Virus record (IMG/VR): IMGVR_UViG_3300010234_000001
Location: 114,612 to 178,611 of that record
DNA length: 64,000 nt
DNA from: a virus
Taxonomy: Duplodnaviria > Heunggongvirae > Uroviricota > Caudoviricetes
Strand: one strand, 5' to 3'
How positions within the stretch are numbered: the stretch's first letter is position 1; the number at the start of each line of letters is the position of its first letter. This document shows, piece after piece, positions 30,209-40,512 of this stretch. The notes under the pieces were generated by a model. That model ran no database searches. It had not been told where the DNA came from and saw only the letters and a program-made list of their open reading frames with translations. The position numbers and the translations under genes are program-made.

Positions 30209-31399
30209 ATGACAAATGAAGAAAAGTTAACAGAAGGTTATCGTTTATGGAATAGTGGTGAAGTTGAAAGCAAACAGGCGGCGGCTGATAAAGTTGATGT
30301 ACCCGTGAGCACGCTTAAGGATTACATTCATCGTAATTCGACAAAAGAAGAAGCATTAAAAGAAGCGGCGGATACTGCCGGTTTTGAAATAGATGATGTA
30401 TCCTGTTATTGGTACAGGGGCGAAGATGTATCAGTTCTTGTTAAGAAACAAAATGGTGGCGAATCATATAAAGATATTCGCGATCAAACAATTGAAGAAA
30501 TGAAATCATATGCTCCAACTTATACTAGACAACCGAATAGACCGGAAATTCATGATGGTTTGCTTGTGCTTAATCTTGCCGACATACATGTGGGTAAATT
30601 CGCCAACATGGACGAAGTGGGCTTCGACTATGATGTGGAGACCGCAGTCGAACAAACACGTATAGGAGTTGATACGCTTCTGGATAAAGCTAAGCTATTC
30701 GGCGTCGGACAGATCGAACTTGTCGTTGGCAACGATATTCTCCATTACGACACTCCCACAAAGACTACCACCAAGGGTACAAACTTGGCGATGCATAGCA
30801 CGGGAACTAATTTTTCAATTTATCAAGCGGCAAAGCGGATGCTTATTGCCACTGTAGAACAACTGGCGCTTGTTGCTGATACTCACTTCACGTTTGTGGC
30901 GAGTAATCACGACTGGTTGTCCGGATACTATCTTGCCGACACGTTGGGTAGCTGGTTCCATAATCACCCTCACGTAACGGCCGGTGACTTGACACCCCGG
31001 CATAGAAAGTATATTGTGTATGGTAACAACCTGATAGGTCTAACCCATGGGGACGGCGCAAAAGAAAAGGACTTGCACTGGCTCATGGCGCACGAAGCCA
31101 AACAGGGTTGGGCCGCAACGGATTATCGGTATTGGTACCTTGGGCATCTTCACCACAAGATTCGTAAACTTCAGGGTGAAGGATCAAAACTGATAGAAAA
31201 GGATCGCATTGGCGTAACGGAAATAGTAACCGGTTACCCAATGGATATGGGGAAGAATGTACAAATTGAGTATCTTCGTTCCCCTTCACCGCCAGACGAT
31301 TATCATTACAAACATGGTTTCGTCAATACGATGGGAATGGAAGCTTTTATCCATCATCCCGAACAGGGACAAACCGCTAGGTTCTCCCACCTATTTTAA
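30209..31399 (+). CDS. calcineurin-like metallophosphoesterase with N-terminal HTH-like region
   Basis: DIHVG, GNDILH, SNHDW, GHLHH phosphoesterase motifs. Confidence 0.5.
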   Translation: MTNEEKLTEGYRLWNSGEVESKQAAADKVDVPVSTLKDYIHRNSTKEEALKEAADTAGFEIDDVSCYWYRGEDVSVLVKKQNGGESYKDIRDQTIEEMKSYAPTYTRQPNRPEIHDGLLVLNLADIHVGKFANMDEVGFDYDVETAVEQTRIGVDTLLDKAKLFGVGQIELVVGNDILHYDTPTKTTTKGTNLAMHSTGTNFSIYQAAKRMLIATVEQLALVADTHFTFVASNHDWLSGYYLADTLGSWFHNHPHVTAGDLTPRHRKYIVYGNNLIGLTHGDGAKEKDLHWLMAHEAKQGWAATDYRYWYLGHLHHKIRKLQGEGSKLIEKDRIGVTEIVTGYPMDMGKNVQIEYLRSPSPPDDYHYKHGFVNTMGMEAFIHHPEQGQTARFSHLF

Positions 31400-31408
31400 G
31401 GATATATA

Positions 31409-31654
31409 ATGACAGTAGCTAAAGACCAACTGCGTTCTTATGTGGAGCGAATCGAGAGACTTGACGAAGAGCGTCAGTCTTATGTTGACGACATTAAAGA
31501 AGTGTATGACGAAGCAAAATCAACCGGTTTCGATCCGAAGATTCTCCGTCAGGTTATTCGCCTGCGGAAGATTGATAAGGCCGAACGGGAAGAAAATGAA
31601 ATGTTGCTTGATACATATCTTGTGGCACTAGGAATGGCACCGGAAACGGAATAA
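31409..31654 (+). CDS. GapR-like nucleoid-associated protein (DUF2312)
   Basis: 81 aa. [15 protein letters not shown] ... [26 protein letters not shown] ... [11 protein letters not shown] closely resembles Caulobacter GapR / DUF2312. Confidence 0.6.
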   Translation: MTVAKDQLRSYVERIERLDEERQSYVDDIKEVYDEAKSTGFDPKILRQVIRLRKIDKAEREENEMLLDTYLVALGMAPETE

Positions 31655-32082
31655 TGAAAGTTTTATTTCTTGATGTTGATGGCGTGCTTAACACGTTTAA
31701 CAACATATCAATTTATGCGTTATCAAACCCGCTCGTAAGCAATCTGGATAAGGTTGTTAAAGAAACGGGATGCGAAATCGTGTTGTCATCAACATGGAGA
31801 AAATTCGAAGATCATTTGTTCACGTTAAACCGCAAGTTGGGATATTATGGAATTACTATTTTTAGTCATACAAATCAGCTTGGCGGAAAGCGGGGGGAAG
31901 AGATTCAAGAATGGCTGGATCACCATCCGGAAGTGATGCAATACGCTATCGTGGATGACGATTCGGACATGCTGGATCACCAGCTTCCGAATTTTTTTCA
32001 GACTGATCCGCATTACGGGTTGACAGAGACAATAAAATATCGTATAATACACCATCTTAATAAAGGAGACGCGAGTGAGTGA
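31654..32082 (+). CDS. HAD-superfamily phosphatase
   Basis: Motif I FLDVDGVLN. Confidence 0.5.
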   Translation: MKVLFLDVDGVLNTFNNISIYALSNPLVSNLDKVVKETGCEIVLSSTWRKFEDHLFTLNRKLGYYGITIFSHTNQLGGKRGEEIQEWLDHHPEVMQYAIVDDDSDMLDHQLPNFFQTDPHYGLTETIKYRIIHHLNKGDASE

Positions 32083-32266
32083 GAGTGAGTTTTTACGCGA
32101 GGAATGGAAGCAGCGCGCGTATGATGGAAAATGGATGCGGCTGGTCCAAGTTAAGGACCATGATAGCGCATACACGTATAAGAAAGGCGAGTCTACCGAA
32201 ACTATTACTCCGCGTATGTGGGTTATAGCTGGCGTTTATGATTACCTTATAACAATGGAAGCATAA
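32075..32266 (+). CDS. hypothetical protein
   Basis: 63-aa ORF. Confidence 0.25.
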   Translation: MSESEFLREEWKQRAYDGKWMRLVQVKDHDSAYTYKKGESTETITPRMWVIAGVYDYLITMEA

Positions 32267-32269
32267 CCA

Positions 32270-32563
32270 ATGGAAATAATTATAATCATATCAATCGCGG
32301 CAATCCTTATTGTCCTTATATTTGGGGCATATAAAGGTTGGAAAAGGATGACGGAAGAAGCTCCACCGGAGTTTCCGGATCATCGTTTTCAGGTAGAGCA
32401 AGATTCGGTGTCGGAACTTGCCCCAACGCAAGAAGAAATTGATGAAGTGGTGAATGACCACGCAAACACATATTACGAAGTAGTATCTGATAAGGGCGAA
32501 ATAGTCACCTTTATCGTTAGAGAGGAAGAGAATGAAAATAACGAAGCTAACCAACGAAGTTAA
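32270..32563 (+). CDS. hypothetical membrane-anchored acidic protein
   Basis: N-terminal TM segment, acidic C-terminus. Confidence 0.3.
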   Translation: MEIIIIISIAAILIVLIFGAYKGWKRMTEEAPPEFPDHRFQVEQDSVSELAPTQEEIDEVVNDHANTYYEVVSDKGEIVTFIVREEENENNEANQRS

Positions 32564-32936
32564 ACTAATGCGCCTGAATATGGGCGAAGAATTTTTATCA
32601 AGAGTAACTACATACGAAGAAGATGGTGAGACATATTTAAAGCTTACTAAGCCAATGAAATTCGCATTGGTACCAACCCAAAACAAGGATGGATCAAAGG
32701 GCGAACCCCAATTGACGCTTGTTCCGTGGCTACTGCACGCGGATGGAACGGATTTTGAGCTTAACGCAAATAGATTTGTATTTTGCGTAAATCCCCAAAA
32801 GGAATTGGTCCAAGATTATAATAGATCAACAGCCCATTATTACAGCGGCATCACAATGCCACCATCAAATCAAAATGCACCAATGAGCGCTATTAAACAG
32901 CCATCAATTGAAACCCCAAAACTAACCATTCAATAA
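32532..32936 (+). CDS. hypothetical protein
   Basis: 134-aa ORF. Confidence 0.3.
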   Translation: MKITKLTNEVKLMRLNMGEEFLSRVTTYEEDGETYLKLTKPMKFALVPTQNKDGSKGEPQLTLVPWLLHADGTDFELNANRFVFCVNPQKELVQDYNRSTAHYYSGITMPPSNQNAPMSAIKQPSIETPKLTIQ

Positions 32937-32948
32937 AAAGGATTTTAA

Positions 32949-35483
32949 ATGGAATATTACACTAACGTTCAAGTGTATGGTTCCAGAATTCTCTATCGTG
33001 GTATAAAAAACGGGAAACGCTTCAGAAGACGGGTTACCTACAATCCTTCATTATTCATGCCATCCAAGGATGGGGAATATCAGGATATCCATGGTAACCC
33101 GCTTCGCATTGTGAAGAAGGGCAGTCCAAAGGATTGCCGTAAGTTTGCCGACGAAGTTAAAAATACTCAAGGTTCTAATCTATTCGGAATGTCCCGATAT
33201 GAATATCAGTTCATCGGGGATCATAGCGAAGATCATATTGATTGGAACATTGACGATATCTCAATCATGTACATCGATATCGAGGTTGCATCCGAAGGCG
33301 GTTTTGCATCCCCGGAAAAACCTACTCAGGAAATTGTTACAATTTCTCTGAAGGTGGATAGTCATGTTCTTGTGTTGGGAATGAAAGACTTCGAGACTGA
33401 TAGGGATGATGTAACATACATAAAATGCACTAACGAAGCCGAACTTCTTAGCATATTCATGCGTGTATGGACGACGGAGTATCCGGATGTTGTGACGGGC
33501 TGGTATATCAAGCAGTTCGACATGCCGTACCTTATCCGTCGCATCGCCAGAGTTTTGGGTGACGACATATCACAACAGATATCACCATGGAAGCGCATCT
33601 ATGAGCGCGAATGGATGGAAATGGGTCAAAGACAGACGGCGTTCGTAATCCAAGGCGTAGCGCAGCTAGACTATATTGATCTATACAAAAAGTTTACGCT
33701 GCAAGGAAAATCACAGGAGAATTATAGACTTGATAATATCGCCAACGTCGAACTTGGCGAAAGAAAGATTGATTACACGGAATACAAGAGCCTTGACGGG
33801 TTATATAACAACAACTATCAACTGTTCGTGGAATATAACATTCACGACGTTGAACTTGTTGAAATGTTTGAGGACAAGCTTAAGTTAATTGAGCTTGCCT
33901 TAACACTAGCGTATGACGCAAAGGTTAATTATGAAGATGTTTTCATGCAGGTGCGCATGTGGACGGTTCTAGTATATAACAAGTTAATGGAACGCAATAT
34001 TGTTATTCCATACGAGGTTCATAATAACAAAATCCCGTATATCGGGGCATACGTTAAAGAACCAGTGGCTGGAATGTATGATTGGGTTGCAAGCTTTGAT
34101 TTGACTAGTCTATATCCGCATCTTATCATGCAGTACAACATATCCCCCGATACTTTCATCGAACCGAGAGACTATCCGGATGAACTAGCGGAAGCATTGG
34201 GTAAAAGTAGAGTTTCCATCGAATCACTTCTTCGCGAAGAACCTAAGTTAACACCCCTTCTGAAGAAATATAATGTAACAATGACCCCGAACAAGCAGCT
34301 ATTCCGAACGGATATCAGAGGCTTCTTGGCTGAAATGATGGAAGAAATGTTTGCCGACAGAAAACGTTATAAAGGATTGATGCTTGATGCGGCAAAGAAA
34401 TTGCAAACGGAAACTGATCCGGAAGAAAAGAAGAAACTTGAAAAACTGAAGGCAAGGTATAACAACCTACAGTCTTCCAAGAAGGTTTGCCTCAACTCCG
34501 CATATGGAGCTTTGGGTAACGAGTTCTTCATCTACTTTGATGTGCGACAGGCGGAAGGTATTACGAGTGCCGGTCAGCTATCAATTCGTTGGATTGGTGA
34601 CCGCATAAATATCTTCATGAACAAGCTATGCAAGACCGAAAGTGAAGATTACATAATCGCTTCGGATACGGATAGCATATATCTTCGCATGGATAAGTTA
34701 ATTGAAATGCGCGGCATGGAAACGAGTATTGAAGATAATATTCGCGTCATGGATGACATGTGTGAGAAAATCTTGCAGCCGTTCATCGAGAGAACTTATC
34801 AAAAGCTTGCGGATTACATGAATGCGTATGATCAGAAGATGTTCATGAAAAGGGAAGTTCTTGCCAACCGTGGTTTGTGGACCAGAAAGAAGAGATACAT
34901 TCTTAACGTCTATAACTCGGAAGGTGTCCAATATAAAGAACCGGAAATAAAAATCTCCGGTCTTGAAGCGGTCCGTTCAAGTACGCCAACTGTATGTAGA
35001 ACGAAGATTAAAGAAGCGATCAAGATCATCATGCAAGAAGATGAACGGTCCCTTCAAAGGTTCATTAAGAAATTCAGAAATGAATATGAGAATGTGCCGC
35101 TTGAAGATATTGCTTCCCCCCGTTCCGTAAACAACATTTATGCGGTTCGTCCTCCCGGTGTTGGGTTGCCGATCCAAGTTAGTGGGGCAAAGGCTTATAA
35201 TAAAATTCTGGAAAAGGAAAAACTTGAGAAGAAATATGAGCCAATTAGGGACGGGGAAAAGATTAAATTTGTATACTTAAAGAAACCAAATCCGTATTAC
35301 TCGCATGTTATGGCTTTTCCAAATTTTCTTCCGGAAGAGATAGAAGATGTTAAAGATTGGGTGGATTATAAGTATCAGTTTAGAAAAACATTCCTAACGC
35401 CACTCCAAAGCATAACAAACGTGATAGGATGGCACATCAAGAAAAAGAAAACTTTGAAAGGTATTATTGATAATGCATCGTAG
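32949..35483 (+). CDS. 43: family-B DNA polymerase gp43
   Basis: Exo I YIDIEV, SLYP, motif A NSAYGALG, motif C IASDTDSIY. The N-terminus resembles T4 gp43. Confidence 0.9.
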   Translation: MEYYTNVQVYGSRILYRGIKNGKRFRRRVTYNPSLFMPSKDGEYQDIHGNPLRIVKKGSPKDCRKFADEVKNTQGSNLFGMSRYEYQFIGDHSEDHIDWNIDDISIMYIDIEVASEGGFASPEKPTQEIVTISLKVDSHVLVLGMKDFETDRDDVTYIKCTNEAELLSIFMRVWTTEYPDVVTGWYIKQFDMPYLIRRIARVLGDDISQQISPWKRIYEREWMEMGQRQTAFVIQGVAQLDYIDLYKKFTLQGKSQENYRLDNIANVELGERKIDYTEYKSLDGLYNNNYQLFVEYNIHDVELVEMFEDKLKLIELALTLAYDAKVNYEDVFMQVRMWTVLVYNKLMERNIVIPYEVHNNKIPYIGAYVKEPVAGMYDWVASFDLTSLYPHLIMQYNISPDTFIEPRDYPDELAEALGKSRVSIESLLREEPKLTPLLKKYNVTMTPNKQLFRTDIRGFLAEMMEEMFADRKRYKGLMLDAAKKLQTETDPEEKKKLEKLKARYNNLQSSKKVCLNSAYGALGNEFFIYFDVRQAEGITSAGQLSIRWIGDRINIFMNKLCKTESEDYIIASDTDSIYLRMDKLIEMRGMETSIEDNIRVMDDMCEKILQPFIERTYQKLADYMNAYDQKMFMKREVLANRGLWTRKKRYILNVYNSEGVQYKEPEIKISGLEAVRSSTPTVCRTKIKEAIKIIMQEDERSLQRFIKKFRNEYENVPLEDIASPRSVNNIYAVRPPGVGLPIQVSGAKAYNKILEKEKLEKKYEPIRDGEKIKFVYLKKPNPYYSHVMAFPNFLPEEIEDVKDWVDYKYQFRKTFLTPLQSITNVIGWHIKKKKTLKGIIDNAS

Positions 35484-35748
35484 CACAAGAAAAGAAGTAT
35501 ACCAAGTCATAGATACCGAACGGGAGTATCAAAACGTGACTTGGGAAAATAATGGAGTCCCCAACGAGCTAAGTCTCGGGGACTTCATCCTCTTGCTGGA
35601 AATCTATGTTCAAAAGACTAGAGAACAGTGGGCAAAGGAAGGCGAACCGAGAATTAACACGCTTGAAGTTTTAAGAAAGGTCGCCGGAATATCAGTACAT
35701 GCCATGGAACAGCATGGCGCAATCGAACGACAACAATTTTTTCAATAA
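35467..35748 (+). CDS. hypothetical protein
   Basis: 93-aa ORF. Confidence 0.3.
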   Translation: MIMHRSTRKEVYQVIDTEREYQNVTWENNGVPNELSLGDFILLLEIYVQKTREQWAKEGEPRINTLEVLRKVAGISVHAMEQHGAIERQQFFQ

Positions 35749-35996
35749 GGAGAATAAAAATGATGAAGAATTTCTTCTCACGACATACCCAACCGCAAAA
35801 CACATACGAACAAGGCTATAATGACGGACGGTACGGTGGATGGATGAATCCGCCAGTCTCGTTCTTTGGATTGGTGGACGATCAATACATGAAAGGTTTC
35901 TATCGTGGGAAAAACCGAAGATACCACACTGGAATATAAGAAAATCTTGCTTTCCAAGTTAGAGGAAATTAAAAAGGGTCTTAATATAAATTGTAA

Positions 35997-36212
35997 ATGT
36001 CAAAAATAACAATTGCCGATGGATATGATTGGATGGGTATCTATGTTGATGATAAGCTGATTGCGGAAGATCATTCGTTTAATTTAATCACGGGATTGGA
36101 AATATGTCATCAATATAAAGTCGATGATTTCGAGGTAAAATCAATTGATGAAGATTGGCTTATGAACGCGCAAACATATCCAAATAATATTTCGGAAGTG
36201 AAGTGGAAATAG
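35997..36212 (+). CDS. hypothetical protein
   Basis: 71-aa ORF. Confidence 0.25.
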   Translation: MSKITIADGYDWMGIYVDDKLIAEDHSFNLITGLEICHQYKVDDFEVKSIDEDWLMNAQTYPNNISEVKWK

Positions 36213-36215
36213 ATT

Positions 36216-36452
36216 ATGCCAAGATTTGGACCGAAAAAAAGAGAATGCCAGTCATGCAGAAACTGGAATATAGATGAGCGGAGAGGGGAAGGGGCGGAGT
36301 GTCGGGCATTCCCCCCTTTCTTGACTGAATATTCTGATATTGGGATATGGCCTATAACACATAAAATAATTGGTGTGGAAGATTTACGGAGCATGAACCA
36401 TGGCCGGGATAACACAAGTGGGACGCCTTATTGGGGCACATCAAAAAGGTAG
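36216..36452 (+). CDS. hypothetical protein
   Basis: 78-aa ORF. Confidence 0.25.
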   Translation: MPRFGPKKRECQSCRNWNIDERRGEGAECRAFPPFLTEYSDIGIWPITHKIIGVEDLRSMNHGRDNTSGTPYWGTSKR

Positions 36453-36499
36453 GGTGGATAAGGATTTCTACCCTACCCCCGCATACGTAACAGAAGCCC

Positions 36500-36925
36500 T
36501 TGATGGAACGGGAGAAATTTATCGGTAAGATATGGGAACCGGCGTGCGGTGCCGGAAATATTAGCGAAATTCTTAAAAGTCGTGGCTATGAAGTCAGATC
36601 AACGGATTTGTATGATCATGGCTACGGTGAGACCGGAATCGATTTTATGGAAGCGTATCAGGGAATAAATACCTTGACAGAGGAGACCGACTATGCTAAT
36701 ATAGTCACAAATCCGCCATTCAGCTTCAATGACAAGAAGAAAGTTGAAGATTTTGTAGAGCACGCACTTGAGGTTGCGAGCCGCAAAGTGGCAATATTCG
36801 CTAAACTAGCATTTTTGGAAGGTAAGGCCAGAAGGGAACGATTATTCAATAGAAAAATGCTTAAAAATATTTACGTATTCTCCAACCGGGTGACCTTTAA
36901 TGGAAAGTCGGGGGGGGGGGAATGA
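36500..36925 (+). CDS. DNA N6-adenine methyltransferase (small phage Dam-like); 3' end runs into a G11 homopolymer
   Basis: Motif I EPACGAGN and motif IV NPPF. The ORF stops 2 codons after a run of 11 G at 36910-36920. Confidence 0.55.
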   Translation: MMEREKFIGKIWEPACGAGNISEILKSRGYEVRSTDLYDHGYGETGIDFMEAYQGINTLTEETDYANIVTNPPFSFNDKKKVEDFVEHALEVASRKVAIFAKLAFLEGKARRERLFNRKMLKNIYVFSNRVTFNGKSGGGE

Positions 36926-37070
36926 TGGCATTCGATTGGTTTGTCCTTAATAAGGCCCACCATGGGGATGCTACTTTACAATGGATTTGATGACAACTTT
37001 GTGATGTTTTCTAAAAACAACAGACCAAGATGCAGAGCACACGGTCAACAAAACAGGAAAACAAAAACAA

Positions 37071-38129
37071 ATGGACTTATTTAAAACACTAATAGACGAA
37101 ACTAAAAATGATTTTGCTACACTTATGTCGGAAGGTGAAGAAACAAATGTCAATCGATATATCGATACTGGAAGCTATTCGTTCAACGCGTTATTATCGG
37201 GTAGTCTCTTCGGAGGATTGGCAGGAAATAGAGTCACTGCGCTTGCCGGTGAAGAGTCTACGGGAAAAACATTCTATGCCCTAGGCATATGCGATAGTTT
37301 CTTGGAAACTCATCCGACCGGAATGATATTTTTCTTTGAGTCGGAACATGCGGTGGACAAAGACTTGTTGGAAGCAAGGGGGGTTGATACTGATAGATTT
37401 GTGCTTGTCCCCATCGAAACAATTCAGCAATTCAGAACGCAAGCACTAAACGTCATAGACAAATATCTTGAACAACCCAAAGAAGTGCGGGATGCGAATC
37501 CTATCTTGTTTGTGTTGGATTCGCTTGGGGGTCTATCAACCAACAAGGAAATCGAAGATATTAAGAAAGGCGAAGATAAGCGGGATATGACTCGCGCCCA
37601 ACTAATTCGGGGTTGCTTCAGGGCAATCACATTACGACTTGGACGGGCCGGAATACCGCTGATTATGACCAATCACGTATACAACGTCATAGGATCATAC
37701 GTGCCTATGAAAGAAATGGGTGGTGGTGCGGGACTGAAATACGCCGCGTCAACGATTATTTTCCTCTCCAAGAAGAAAGAAAAGGTTGACAACGACGTGG
37801 TTGGTGTTATAATTACTGCCAACCTCAACAAGAGCCGTCTCACTATCGAGAATAAAAAGGTTGAAACCCTTCTTAATTACAAGTCCGGATTAAACCGATA
37901 TTACGGATTGGTTGAGTTGGCACTTAAATTCGGTGTATGGGAAAAAATGTCTACCCGAATTGTGTTAAAAGATGGAACTAAGGTATACGAAAAAACCATC
38001 AACGCAAATCCCGAAAAGTATTTCACCGAAGTTATACTTAACGAAATTGATAAAGCCTGCAAACAGGAATTCCTTTACGGGGAAACCAATTTTGCGGATA
38101 TTGAACTTCCAGTGAAGGAGAAGAAATAA
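37071..38129 (+). CDS. uvsX: RecA-like recombinase UvsX
   Basis: Walker A GEESTGKT and overall similarity to T4 UvsX (IDSLGGL, NH Walker B region). Confidence 0.8.
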   Translation: MDLFKTLIDETKNDFATLMSEGEETNVNRYIDTGSYSFNALLSGSLFGGLAGNRVTALAGEESTGKTFYALGICDSFLETHPTGMIFFFESEHAVDKDLLEARGVDTDRFVLVPIETIQQFRTQALNVIDKYLEQPKEVRDANPILFVLDSLGGLSTNKEIEDIKKGEDKRDMTRAQLIRGCFRAITLRLGRAGIPLIMTNHVYNVIGSYVPMKEMGGGAGLKYAASTIIFLSKKKEKVDNDVVGVIITANLNKSRLTIENKKVETLLNYKSGLNRYYGLVELALKFGVWEKMSTRIVLKDGTKVYEKTINANPEKYFTEVILNEIDKACKQEFLYGETNFADIELPVKEKK

Positions 38130-38335
38130 TGGAAGAAGAAGAGACGAATACAACTTTCTTCGGAAGAAGAAAAACTGATGAAGAATATAATAAAGAAGAA
38201 GCCGAGTTTAAGCGTATGGCTATCTTCCGCGAACGATTTGATATATTTCACGATTTAGTGAAGTACCGATCACCCATTCTTCCGACTGAATGTGCCGAAT
38301 TAGCAGTTCAGATTTGGAACAAGCTGAATGAGTAG
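38129..38335 (+). CDS. hypothetical protein
   Basis: 68-aa ORF between uvsX and the gene 41 homologue. Confidence 0.3.
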   Translation: MEEEETNTTFFGRRKTDEEYNKEEAEFKRMAIFRERFDIFHDLVKYRSPILPTECAELAVQIWNKLNE

Positions 38336-38663
38336 AATCTTTGTCGAAGACGAAGATTATTCCATCATGGAAGCGGAGGGGGGTCTACCCTCTCCGTTTC
38401 GTCTTCTGACCGGAAATTATGCCGGTACAATTTTTATGTTTGGTCGCGTTCAAATTATTGAACAAGCCCCGCCCGAACCACCAATCCTTAAATTTTCTTA
38501 TCAAGTCTTAGAGTCGCCGGATAATATCTCGAAAGAGAGACTTGATTCCGATGCTAATTTTAAGAATTATATTGGAGATTTGTTAGCCCATATTATAGAA
38601 GAGGCATATTTAAAGCATGAGACTAGAGAATCTGATTCTACGCAATCTGATAAACAACAATGA
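38328..38663 (+). CDS. hypothetical protein (occupies the gp40 position)
   Basis: 111-aa ORF in the position of T4 gene 40. Confidence 0.3.
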   Translation: MSRIFVEDEDYSIMEAEGGLPSPFRLLTGNYAGTIFMFGRVQIIEQAPPEPPILKFSYQVLESPDNISKERLDSDANFKNYIGDLLAHIIEEAYLKHETRESDSTQSDKQQ

Positions 38664-39990
38664 ATTTTGTAAACGCGCTTTACCTTTTATAAAAGAAGAT
38701 TATTTTTCAGTCAGGGAAGATCAATTAATTTTCACGCTGATTCGAAAATTTATTGCCAAATACCGAATACTCCCGACAATTGATTCGCTATTAGTAGAGG
38801 CGAATGCAGCGTCCGGTCTCAAAGAGGCGGAATTGAAGCGGATTAACGAGGATTTGGAGAGCTACCGGGAGAAATTCGAAGAGGATCAAAAAAATCTCGA
38901 TTGGATGCTTGACACGACGGAGGAATGGTGTCAGGATAAGGCCATATTCAACGCGATGACCGAATCAATCGAGATTGCCAACGGGGAAGATAGCAAAAAA
39001 GACAAAGGGGCAATTCCGAAGCTGTTATCCGATGCGCTGGCAGTGTCATTTGACAATACGGTCGGACACGACTATCTGATGGACGGCGAAGCCAGATATG
39101 ATTTTATGCATCGCGTCGAAGAGAAGATGGAGTTCGATTTAACTTACTTCAACTACATCACTCGTAACGGTGTATCGAGAAAGACACTAAACGTTATTCT
39201 TGCCGGTACTGGCATCGGTAAGACATTGATGAAATGCCATCTTGCGGCAATGTATCTTCTGCAAGGGCTTAATGTTCTCTACATTACGCTTGAAATGTCG
39301 GAAGAAAAGATTGCCGAAAGAATTGACGCAAATCTAATGGATTTGGAGATTAACGATGTTAATAGCCTACCGAAAGATTTGTATGTCAACAAAGTACAAC
39401 GACTAAAGAGTAAAACTAGCGGACAGCTTATAGTCAAAGAGTATCCGACTTCGCAAGCAAACGTGATGCACTTCCAATCATTGCTTAATGATTTGCGAAT
39501 CAAGAAAAACTTCGTACCGGATGTGATCTTTATCGACTATATCAACATCTGCTCATCAGCAAGGTTTAAACCCGGTATGGCAAATTCATATGAACTAGTA
39601 AAAGCAATAGCGGAAGAGCTTCGAGGTCTTGCGGTTGAAGGCAATGTAGTAATGTGGACTTCAACACAAACTAATCGGGCCGGATTCACTTCATCCGATG
39701 TTGGACTTGCGGATACGGCGGAATCCTTCGGATTACCGGCAACGGCCGACTTCATGTTTACGGTTATGTCAAACGAGAATTTGGAGCGGGAAGGAATATA
39801 TTTGATAAAGCAACTCAAGAATAGATATTCGGAAATAACCGAAAGAAACAGAAGATTCTATATTGGAGTTAATAAGGCAAAGATGAAACTGTATGATGCG
39901 GAGAAAGAAGCATTTGATGATCTACCAACAACGGCAATTCCGCAAATGGCGGAAGATGCTATTAAACGATTTGCCAGAATGAAATCATGA
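38617..39990 (+). CDS. 41: replicative DNA helicase gp41 (DnaB-like)
   Basis: Walker A LAGTGIGKT; DnaB-family C-terminal domain. Confidence 0.8.
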   Translation: MRLENLILRNLINNNEFCKRALPFIKEDYFSVREDQLIFTLIRKFIAKYRILPTIDSLLVEANAASGLKEAELKRINEDLESYREKFEEDQKNLDWMLDTTEEWCQDKAIFNAMTESIEIANGEDSKKDKGAIPKLLSDALAVSFDNTVGHDYLMDGEARYDFMHRVEEKMEFDLTYFNYITRNGVSRKTLNVILAGTGIGKTLMKCHLAAMYLLQGLNVLYITLEMSEEKIAERIDANLMDLEINDVNSLPKDLYVNKVQRLKSKTSGQLIVKEYPTSQANVMHFQSLLNDLRIKKNFVPDVIFIDYINICSSARFKPGMANSYELVKAIAEELRGLAVEGNVVMWTSTQTNRAGFTSSDVGLADTAESFGLPATADFMFTVMSNENLEREGIYLIKQLKNRYSEITERNRRFYIGVNKAKMKLYDAEKEAFDDLPTTAIPQMAEDAIKRFARMKS

Positions 39991-40172
39991 TGTACAAATT
40001 CAACCAGAATGGGAAAGATATCTTCGAAATATTCGAAACCGCGACGGAACAAATTATTTTGTCCGGTGGAAAAGAAGTTCGGGAAATTTATCGGGGATTA
40101 AAGAACAATGCTAATGGTTTCCGTGGATGGACACCCGCATTTTTTGTAGCTTCAATCAAGAAAGGAAAATGA
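39987..40172 (+). CDS. hypothetical protein
   Basis: 61-aa ORF. Confidence 0.3.
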   Translation: MMYKFNQNGKDIFEIFETATEQIILSGGKEVREIYRGLKNNANGFRGWTPAFFVASIKKGK

Positions 40173-40260
40173 TCATGGACCCGGAATATGAAGACGCAAC
40201 GCATATCGCAAATCATGTTATCATAGCATTAATGAGCATGTTCGCCGGAATAGGATTGAA

Positions 40261-40512
40261 TTGCCTGTTTATGACATTGCATGGATAAGGGGGGTTGACA
40301 TCATGAGCAATTACGACTATAGTGCATTCTATGAAAGCGAACACTGCGATCAACTGGCATGGAGCCAAGGACGGCTTGCATTCTTTGATTCGGCCATCCT
40401 TGGGCGGAACGACGTAAAACGTAATCCATATCTTCCAAGGGATCAATGGTTTTCGTATGTTTCTTGGGTTCGCGGATATGAGTTTTCGGAGTTGATTGCT
40501 ACAAATAAATGA
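40261..40512 (+). CDS. hypothetical protein
   Basis: 83-aa ORF. Confidence 0.3.
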   Translation: MPVYDIAWIRGVDIMSNYDYSAFYESEHCDQLAWSQGRLAFFDSAILGRNDVKRNPYLPRDQWFSYVSWVRGYEFSELIATNK

